A DNA stretch of 64,000 nt from Azolla caroliniana (Eukaryota; Plantae; Polypodiophyta). Below, one piece after another: positions 26,131-35,669 of the stretch. The translations under genes and the position numbers were made by a program. The stretch is taken from the NCBI GenBank assembly GCA_043228905.1, contig JBHGNT010000002.1, positions 14,260,001 to 14,324,000 on the forward strand. Reading direction: 5' to 3'. The stretch's first letter is position 1; each line of letters opens with the position of its first letter. The notes under the pieces were generated by a model, which saw only the letters and a program-made list of their open reading frames with translations, was not told where the DNA came from and did not search any database.

Positions 26131-29100
26131 CTCCCCCTCAAGCTAAACCTGAGGTAGGGTCGTAGTGTCAACCTCTGTGACAGTCGGTTCTTCTAACCGA
26201 CTTCTCCTGGCGTCGCTTCGCCTTGCTCGCGCTCCTTGTCCGGTCCGGTCCGGTTTGCCGCAACCCCTTTGGTTCTGCGCGCCTCGACCTTCGGCATGTC
26301 TACTCAATAGGCCCATCTCAGCTCCTTCGCTGCTATGACTCTGGCGCTTGCCGATCCATCGGTTCCACCGTGATGGCATCGACTTCCGCTGCATCCGTGT
26401 CTCCTTGGCCTCTCGTTGATCCGACTCATCCGGATCCGTCTGTTGATCCGAATCGGTTGTCTCTGACTCGTTCCAGCTCTTGTCCGAATCGGTATCCTCC
26501 GATTCGATTTTCGGCTTCAAGTCTCTCACCACATCGGACCACGTCCGGGTCTTGGCCTTCTTCGTGCTTCCCTTGGCTTCTTCAGTCGGTTCACCAAAGT
26601 CGAATTCTTCATTCGACTCCGCATCATGGCCATTACGATCGTGATGACCTCCGCATAGCATGCACTTCTCTTCCTAAGTGTACACTTCTTCTTCATAGCC
26701 GCTCACTCCGACCTGTTCGGATGTGCCGACTTCCTTCGTCGACTCAGCTTCATTTTTCTTCTTGTCTCCACCTCTACCGGTTCTTCTCTTACCTACGGGT
26801 TCAACAATTCTTTTGCCTTTGCCCGTTTCGGTAGTGTCTTTGCCCTTGCATCTCCCCCTCAACTGCGGCACGTCGAGATGCTGAACACCAAGCATTTTGG
26901 TAAAGTGCTGCAACTTGTCCGACCCAAGCAGCTTGGTGAAGATGTCGGCAACTTGCCGATCCGTGTGAACATACCGTAGTTCAACTTCACCGCTCAGGAC
27001 CCGCTCACGCACGAAGTGATAATGCACTTCTATTTGCTTTGTGCGAGCATGGAACACAGGGTTCTTGGCGAGCTGCACGCTGCTGAGGTTGTCACAGTAG
27101 ATCAGGATCGGGGTCGGTACCTCGATCCGCAGGTCTTGCAGTAGTCGCCGAAGCCAAATGGCTTCGCAGGTGTCAAAGGTCGCGCCCCGGTATTCAGCCT
27201 CAGTGATGGATAGAGCCGCGCTCCCAAGAGAAAACATAAAGCCGGAAGTTGAGCGACGATCCGTTGCATCGCCAGCCCAGTCGGCATCCATGTAGCCAAC
27301 AAGCTCTTCGGTTATACCTTGCCGGTATCAGAGCCCCCGGTCCTTAGTGCCGCTTACATACCTCAGTATTTGTTGCGCGCACTGAAGGTGCTCCACGGTC
27401 GGCTTCTGCATGAATTGGCTTACCAGTCCGACCGGATGGGTAATGTCGGGTCGGGTGATGGTCAAGTAGATCAGGCTTCCGACTATTTGTTGAAACCTTT
27501 TCTCATCGCAGGCTGGTCCGGAGTTGGGACGAATCTTCTGATTTCGGTCCAGGGGTGTGGAGATAGGTCGACATTCCGTCATGCCGAACTTGTACAGTAT
27601 ATTCAACACATAATGGCGTTGAGAAAGCAATATGCCGTCGGGGGTGCGGATCACCTCGATCCCCAAAAAATAATGAAGGTCCCCCAAGTCCTTCATATCG
27701 AATGCGTCCGACAACTGGGACTTGACGCGGTTGATTTCCGGAAGACCTAACCCAGTGATGACTAAATCATCAACATAGAGTAAGATACATACCAGACCGT
27801 TTGAGCCTTGACGACTGAACAAGGAAGAGTCTGACATAGAGGCAACAAACCCCATCTTTCGCAACAGTGCGTGATCTTAGCATTCCAAGCACGGGGGGCT
27901 TGCTTCAACCGTACAACGACTTCCTCTGCCGGCATACCACCGACTTGTTCACCTGCGACTGAAATCCGGGGGGCTGAGTCATAAAGACTTCTTCTTCAAG
28001 ATCTCCTTGAAGGAAGGAATTCTTCACATCCATCTGATGAAGATGCCACCCCCTTGCCGCAACAACCGCCAATACCACACGAACCGTCGTCATCTTCGCT
28101 ACAAGAGCGAAGGTCTCGTCGTAGTCAATTTCGTGGGTCTACGCATATCCCTTCGCCACTAACCGAGCCTTGTACCGATTAACTGTACCCTCGGCATTGT
28201 ACTTTACCTTGTACACCCACTTGCATCCGATCGGTTTACAGTGACGGGGAGGGTCAACCAGGTCCCAAGTTCTGTTGGCATCCAGTGCCCGCATTTCTTC
28301 CTCCATAGTGGCATGCCAATTTGCGTCCTTTGCCGCTTTTGCGTAGCTCTCCGGCTCACGCACTTCCGCGACCTTGGTCATGTACGCATAATGATGCACC
28401 ATGTACTCGTTATACTCGTACCGTTTAACAGGATCCTTCTGGCGGGTGGACCAGCGTAACTCACCGTTACCCTGTATGAGACCCTTCTTGGCCGGTTCGG
28501 TCTTCGTTCCCGAAGATCTGCCTATGTCCTTGCCAAAGTCAGATACGCACCGATCCGACTCATCATTGCTGGTCTCAAATTCCGGCATCTTCTGCAGCCC
28601 TTTCTCTTTGCGTGTGAACCGTCTCCTCAGTTCCTTGCGTGGGGAGAGCACGACAGAGTCTCAACTACTCGCCGTCTCATCATCCGATTGGTTGGACTGA
28701 TCCAGTCTCTCATTCGGTCCGCTTAACCGGAATGATTCCGGACTCTCATCTTGAGTCCCGGCTTCACCTTTCTCTACCTGGGCCGGTTCAGGCTTACTAG
28801 CCCCATCCTCCGACATCGGGTCGGGATCGGAAGTTGGAGTTGGTAAGGAATACCACGATGCCAATTCATCAAACTCGACATCTCAGCTGACTCGGACCTG
28901 CTTCGTCTGGGGGTTATAACACTTATACCCCTTTTGCTCTTGAGCATAGCCGACTAGGATGCATTTTTCCGATTTTGCATCCAGGTTTCTCCGCTTCTCA
29001 TCCGGCAGATGTACATAGGCTATGCTCCCGAATATCCGGAGGTGTCTCAAATTCGGCTTGCGCTTGAAATACAGCTCGTGAGCTGACACCTTGTCCCCGA

Positions 29101-31032
29101 TCCGGTTCTGGATGTAAATGGCCATTTGGACCGCCTCTGCCCAATAGAACTTGGGCATGCTCTTTTCCTCCAGCATTGCCCTAGCCGCGTCAATCAGCGA
29201 CCAATTCTTGCTTTTGGCCACACCGTTTTGTTGTGGTGTATATCTGCAGCTAAATTCTCGTTGAATTCCTTTTTGTTGCAGATAGCTATTGAATTGGCCG
29301 AAAAAGTACTCTTTTCCGCCATCCGACCGTAGGCATTTGATCTTCCTCTCCGATTCCCGTTCCACCATCTTCTGGAGGCTCCGGAAACACTCGAAGACTT
29401 CGCTCTTCCGCTCAATGAGGTAGATCCACGTATGCCGCGTGTAGTCGTCGATGAAGGAGACAAAATATCGACTCCCGCCAATGCTAACATTTTGTGTCGG
29501 TCCCCACACATCCGAATGGATAAGATCGAGCTTGTTATGGCTTCGATTTCTTACGGTGGGGAATGGAAGCCGGTCTTGCTTCCCGAGTTGGCAGGCTTCA
29601 CAAATCTGGGCTCTCTGGCTGCTAAACTTCGGCAAACTGAAAATGACTTGTTTTGTTTGCAGGTCTTGAAGCCTCCGGTAGTTGACGTGGCCGATCTTCT
29701 TGTGCCACAGGTCAATATCTGACTCGACCTTCTGTCCTTCGGCGAACAGTGCGATGCCGACATCATTGGTGTTGAGGATAAACATCCTCCCATCTCTGTG
29801 CCCTTGCGCAATAACTTCGCCCTCATCCTCAATGAAGCACCCGAGGTGCGTAAACCACACCTGCATCCCCTAGTCGACAATCTGTCCGACCGACACCAGG
29901 TTCTTCATGATCATCGGAACATGTAATACATTCATCAGCTTCCCCCTCTGTCCGACGTGACTCAAAGGGACTTCTCCGACGTGCACGATTGGGTGGGAAG
30001 TGTCGTCTCCGGTTTCAACAACTCCCGGTTGATCCTACATCTCCAAAAAGGAGAACCACTCCCCATGGCTCGTCATGTGGTTCGATGCGCCGGAGTGAAC
30101 GTACCACACTTCCTCCGATTTGGAAGTGGTCTTCTTCATTGAGTTTGCCTTGTGCTTCATCACCAAGGCTAGCCCCTTACCGTTCTTGGATCCTCCCGAT
30201 CCGAATCAGCATGCTTTCTCGAGCACTCGCTTTCCCTGTAGCCGTTTTTGCCATAGTACCAACATTCCGTAGCGGATTTGTCTTGCCGGCCTCCGGCACC
30301 ACCTTGACTCCCTCTGCTTTTGGAAGTCCCGGAACTGCTGTCGGCACACTCACTGTGCCTTCGTTCTTGATCTTGCCGGCCGCCTCCATTGTGTGCCGAC
30401 CTGCCTCATCCACCACACCCACGGGACCGATCCGCTCCCGTGTATAGCATATGGCTATCTGGGAATGCACTGGTAGATGCACCAGCGTGGTTCTCCTCTA
30501 CAAGGAGCATCGATTGTAAGTCGAAAAATGAGGGCGTATTCTCCCTTGTACAAACCGCAGTCTGGAAAGCTCCGAACTTGGACGCCAGGCCTCCAAGACA
30601 GACCTGCACCATCTCGTCTTCCTCTACGGTGACGTTAATAGAGGCAAGTGAGTCACAGATCCCTTTGATCCGGGCTGTGTAATCTACCACCGACATGTTC
30701 TTCTGTCGAACATTGCTCAACTCCTGTCTGAGTTGCAGCTTCCGGGCAGTGGTGCTTGCGGCGAAAACCTTTTTCAAGTTTCCCCAACCATCCTTCGGTG
30801 TCTTGGCGTCACGGATATGGCTAAGTAGCTGGTCACGAACACTGGACGCGAAGCAGTACATCACCCTGCTTGCCGCCTGTTCCGACACTGGGAAGTCCTT
30901 GTGTGTCACTCCGTCGACATAACTCCAGTAGACATGCCCAAGCAGGTACTGGTGCATCTTGTATGACCAAGATGCGTAGTTGGTTCTGTCGAGCTTCTCC
31001 ACCGGGAGCGACGTAGCCATACCTCTGTCCAT
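26131..31032 (-). pseudogene. Bryco-like element B gag-pol, degenerate
   Basis: Gag MDRGMATSLPVEKLDRTNYASWSYKMHQY; protease remnant GASNHMT; INT LIHSDVWGP; RT LLYVDDL; RNase H NPVFHARTKQIEVHYHF; C-terminal extension. Confidence 0.92.
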
Positions 31033-31152
31033 TTCTCCTTTTGTGTCTACTTTCCGATCTGTTAGGGTTTCCATCACAAGCGTAGATGTCTGCAGCAGAG
31101 GTTCTCAACCCACACGCTCTGATACCATGTAAAATATTGCTTGCGGAAGCGT

Positions 31153-32280
31153 TGTCGTGAAGATCCGTCACTACGCGCGGATCGTGAGGCGGAACCGCCG
31201 GGGTTTTGGACCAGAAGGATTCAAAGTCGGTACAAGCTTTGGCGCAAGCTTTAGCGAGAAAGTACTTAAGATAGATTGGGAAAGAGAGAAGTTGAGATCA
31301 CACGATTGAGAGAGATTGATTGAACTTTTAACTTTAGATTTAAGAAACAAGTTACACGATCAAATTGATAATGAATTTCTTCCTCTTAATTTTCATAAAA
31401 AAAACCGTGTTTTTTCTCCTCCCCCTTCCTTCTTTTATAGATGCTCTCATGCATATGATTCATGTGAGGGTACAAGACATGCATAAATTGCATGTTTGCC
31501 ATTTGGCGCTTATGTATTACATGTGGTGCATGATAACCATGTCACTCATTTTAGCTCTCATGTATGAGAATTTACATGTAAAAGTACAATGAAAGAAATA
31601 TAATTTCAACTAAATAGCATGGCTTAATGGTAAGCCAATTGATTCCTAACTTGGAGGTGCAAGGTTCGAATCCTTCCTTGCCCTCCTTGTATATGTATAT
31701 ATATTTATATATTTATTTATCTAGTCGCCGGACGCCGGTTTGCTGGATGCCGTCACCAGATACCGGTGTCTCGTCGGATGCCGCCGCCGAACGCCGGTTT
31801 GCCGGATGCCGTCGCCGGATACCGGTGCCGCCGCCGGATGCCGTTGGATGTCGGTGTCTCACTAGCGCCGGATCACCGGCTCCATCGCCGGTCCGGTTTT
31901 GGTTGGCCAAAACCCTTTACGAGTAGCTAGCCCACCTCCACTCTTAGTTCAAGTTACCTTGAACTCTCTATGCTCCACACATAGACACAAAGATAATATC
32001 TTTTGCTCCACCTTATATATGATGAGAGCCGTATTTGTCTTGCCTATGTGGGATATCTCACAATTTTCTCTTTTCCTTTCACAAACTTTATACCCTCATA
32101 TCTTGACATTTAGTTGTCCGTTTCTCGTGTAATAAAGTGCATTTGAAACCTCCATCATTTTGTACTTAGATATTAAATTTACTTAAAATGTTATCTTCAC
32201 AATTATTGTACTATGTGATTCATACTCGATTTCGTACGTTTTATGGGATTTTCACACTATTGCCGAAAATCTTCACGACA
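31153..32280 (-). mobile_element. Gypsy-type solo LTR (1128 bp), TSD GCGT
   Basis: 12-bp terminal inverted repeat TGTCGTGAAGAT...ATCTTCACGACA; GCGT at 31149-31152 and 32281-32284. Terminus shared with Gypsy C (TGTCGTGAAGA). Minus-strand TATAAAAG near 31432-31439 gives the orientation. Confidence 0.85.
31613..31683 (+). ncRNA. tRNA-derived segment with Pol III A and B boxes inside the solo LTR (not a complete tRNA)
   Basis: A box TGGCTTAATGG 31620-31630, D-arm GGCTT/AAGCC, TTCCTAA loop, B box GGTTCGAATCC 31663-31673 within an AAGG/CCTT stem. Acceptor and anticodon stems do not pair. Confidence 0.6.
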
Positions 32281-34457
32281 GCGTTAGAAAGGACAATACA
32301 CAAAGAGAGAGAGAGAGAGTACACGGGAGAGAGAGAGAGAGAGAGCAAGACACACTATTTTTCAAAATTATATGAATACTCTGTGCTCTGTATCTACAAC
32401 GCGCTCATCAACGCCATTTATACAAGTCCACACGGGACAGTTAGAAGTACGGTGTACTTCAATGCTCACAGGAGCATTTGACACTAACTACGAGATTATA
32501 ACTGCCTAGTAGTCTAACCTATACTAGGCTTCCAGTTACGGATTGGATCCAGCATACCGGCTCCCCAGCTCATCGGTCCTTACTGCTTACCGGCTCGGTT
32601 ACTCACCGGCATACCGATTCATCTCGCTTACCGGCTCAGGCTTATTCAACCGATCTGGCTCCGGTTGAGCTTGCCGCTCAACAAAAGCTAAGGCCAATCA
32701 TACAACAATATTTGATGATACTATTTCCACCCCGAGGTCTACCCGCACCACAACCCAGCAAACCCACGTTGCCGTCATATTCCGCGAAATGGAGGTTAGC
32801 GAAGTTGGCTACCACGGAATGGGAAGATGAACCCCAATCTTCCCAACCCAGCACGCGGACAACACAGGGAGAACGGCCAGCGAGCATGGAGGATGCTCCG
32901 CAGGAGTAGGAAGCCGAGCAACACCAGGAAAGCCCAAGGCCGAAACGGCATAGGCTGGACAAGAAAGATGGGCGCGGATTAGTCAAAGACACAACCGTGG
33001 ACAAAGACACAATCGTGGACAAAGACACGGCTGCCTCGGTCGACAATTCCGTAGCTACGGAGCCCAACACCACTTTCGAAATAATCCGGGAACCACGACC
33101 AATCATTACGGCCCAGTCATAGCGGGGAAAGGAGTGTTTACGACGGAAAGCAAGGTCCTAAAGTATCTGGACATTCCGGACACAACCCATGAGTTCGGCG
33201 CACTTTTATAGTTCGGAACTACTTACGAACTCATGGAATTTTTGGCGACGCAACAAATAAAGGTCTCACAACAGATGGCCGAGCAACATGCAGAACAACA
33301 AATGATTGAGCGCGCACTAACAAGAACGGCGGAAAGCAAGGATGAGGGGCCGCTGGCCAGAGTACGCAGATAACGGAATGTTGGTATATGCCGAATGGGA
33401 ATTGAACTACCCCCATTAAACGCGGCCCTTGTCGAGGTTCATAGGGAACTGGCTAAGGTCAGTATCGGAGCCAAAGATATGGCAATTAAAAACAAAACTA
33501 TCTAGAAGACGGTTAAACAAACCCAAGCTGAGCTACAAAAGGCCAACGAACGCATCGCGGAGTTGGAACGGAACGCAACTACGGCGCAGCAGGAATCTCG
33601 ACCAACAGACAACACCGTCGAGGCCCAGTCCCTAAGAGAAGAGGTTGAAGCCTAGATCGCCATCGCCTCAAAAGCAAAGAGGGTCCGTGCAGCTGGCGGA
33701 ATCCGACATTGACCACCTCCGCTCCGAACTCCGCCAATCCTCCGACAGAGAAAAGGACATCCGGGCCAAAGGCCGAAAGGCAATGAAGGCCCTCAAAGAG
33801 AAACTTGAAGCGAAGGCAGTGGCGCACACCCACACGAAAGAAGAAAACACCAAACTACGGGAGGAAGCCCAAAAGTCGGAAACAACGATCACAAGACTCC
33901 GGGTGTTATTGGAAAAGAAGAAAGCGTGGTATGACGAGCAGCTGGTACGGGAATAGGAGGTGAGGTATCAGGTCAAAATTCGCCTGAACAATGAATGGGT
34001 TGGCTGGAGGAATTACACTCGAAGGAATCTCAAATATGGGCAGGAATGAAGAGCAATTATGAGGAAGCAGTTGCAGTCAGGAAGCAAGAAATCGAAAACC
34101 TCAAGAAAACCCTAGAAGAAGCGCAAAACCGTTGCCAAGTAATAACCAACAACGTGCTCATACTTCTTCAAACAAATTGGGAGAGGTTTATGGCGCAATG
34201 ACAAGTGGCGCTAGACAAAGGCTGAATGGCGTGGGCAACACAAGCAGCGGAGTTGCATACCTACTGGGCGGATTGGGAGAACCATAGGAAAGATGGTCGA
34301 GGTTTCTACAAACTCAATGAGGAAGGCATTGCGGCAGTACGCGAGGACCTAGCACAGGATTATTGCACGCTAGCGGATCAGCACTCTGAGGAACTCGCGT
34401 AGCTACTGGACGATTTCGGCGAAAATCAGGAGGATATGTTTCACTGAATCATGCAAG

Positions 34458-34919
34458 CAGGCAGCACGCGGCCAAGCGCGGAGCCCATCGTGATACCAGA
34501 AAGTGATACTGCCGAACGGGAGGAACCTCAGCCCACTTCACCGGAGATAACAACTACGGCAGGCAGCACGCGACAAAGAGAGGATCCCATCGCGATATTG
34601 GAAAGTGATACCGCCGAACAGGAGGAACCTCGGCCCAATTCACCGAAGAGGACAACTACGGCCGGCAACACTGAGGAAGTTACGGACAGGCAGCACGCAG
34701 CCAAGCGCGGAGCCCATCGTGATACCAGAAAGGGATACTGCCGAACAGGAGAAACCTTAGCCCACTTGACCGGAGATAACAACTATGGCAGGCAACACGC
34801 GACAAAGAGCAGATCCCATCGCAATACCGGAAAGTGATACCGCCGAACAGGAAGAACCTTAGCCCAATTCACCGAAGAGGACAACTATGGCCGGCAACAC
34901 TAAGGAAGTTACGGACAGG
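34458..34919 (+). repeat. Higher-order tandem repeat in the extra ORF: 2 x 229 bp, each with two related ~102-bp monomers
   Basis: CAGGCAGCACG recurs at 34458, 34560 and 34687, with a variant near 34789. Confidence 0.85.
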
Positions 34920-35167
34920 ACAGAGCCTCAGCCCACCGAGAGCCAACAGACGAAAGAGCTAGCCACAGTAGAACGGAATGAACCAGCAGAGCCCGGTCCA
35001 CCCACACAGGGAGACGTTGACGCCATGGAAAACCCAATCGAGCAAGAACAAGACATGCAACCGTGCAACGACGCGCTGACAGACACTGCACCGTCCCTGG
35101 ACCAGTACATCAGAGCAAAACCAAACATCCGGGCTATTTTGGAGGAAGAATAAAGGGATGGGTCCGA

Positions 35168-35669
35168 TGTGCCATGGCGTTGTCCCACAATTGTGCCAGG
35201 TGTTGTCCGCCGGAATAGTAACCGATGGATAGAAGCGCAGAAGCATTATAATATAGTAAAGCATTAAGAAACGCATGTAACGGTTCTCGCGGGAAGCATG
35301 AACGGCTAAAAGCCCTATGTATATAAAGGGCAGAAATCCTCTGTAAGAGGTAGCATGTAATTTTGGTACATAGAGCAATTTTCCTAATAGAATACTATCT
35401 TCTCTGATCTCTGTGCATATCTGTGGTTTTATCTTATGCGTTCTTTGTTTCTCTGTTGCGTACTGTTAATCGTAAGGGTGTAGGCGTCAGTGCGGATACT
35501 AGTGCACTTCCTAAGGAGTTCGGTTGTAGCCGTCTCCCTTATATGCTACTAGGATACGAGGGAGTATCCCATTAGGATTTACGGTACGACGGTTCCATTC
35601 CTTGTAACACAGTCCCCTTGAGATCTACGTCGAAGGACTGAGTGTAGATAGTGTTCCTAATCGGTAATA
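35168..35669 (+). repeat. 3' LTR of Gypsy A (start position uncertain)
   Basis: 35227-35669 matches the 5' LTR and ends CGGTAATA (CA>TA). The start is guessed at the TGT after the purine-rich GAAGAATAAAGGGATGGG. Confidence 0.8.

Larger units (their letters stand above)
13804..32683 (-). mobile_element. Full-length Bryco-like Ty1/copia element B, TSD AAAGC; both LTRs interrupted
   Basis: AAAGC at 13799-13803 and 32684-32688. 3' LTR is 13804-13870 + 25762-26130, PPT 26131-26144, PBS-Met 31116-31127, 5' LTR is 31128-31152 + 32281-32683. Confidence 0.93.
13089..35153 (+). pseudogene. Extra downstream ORF of Gypsy A (pieces about 13089-13803 and 32689-35153): globular N-terminal domain, coiled coil, acidic repeats
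   Basis: The reading ...LREGLHAYEGRKK|LRPIIQQYLMILFPPRG joins across the TSD AAAGC. Coiled-coil ORF fragments at 33645-34201; ends NIRAILEEE* just before the 3' LTR. Confidence 0.7.
7201..35669 (+). mobile_element. Athila-like Ty3/Gypsy element A with an extra 3' ORF; contains the nested block 13804-32683
   Basis: 7201-7636 matches 35227-35669 (paired LTRs). PBS at 7641, gag-PR-RT-RH-INT order in 7916-12960. The extra ORF is split by the AAAGC-flanked insertion. Confidence 0.88.

Noticed and set aside
31613-31683. Functional tRNA-Arg(CCT) gene
   Set aside because: The acceptor and anticodon stems do not base-pair, so it is kept only as a tRNA-derived promoter-like segment.
33121-33140. AGCGGGGAAAGGAG-TGTTTA as the PPT and start of a very long Gypsy A 3' LTR
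   Set aside because: It lies in the middle of the extra ORF, and the truncated 5' LTR gives no matching sequence to support it.
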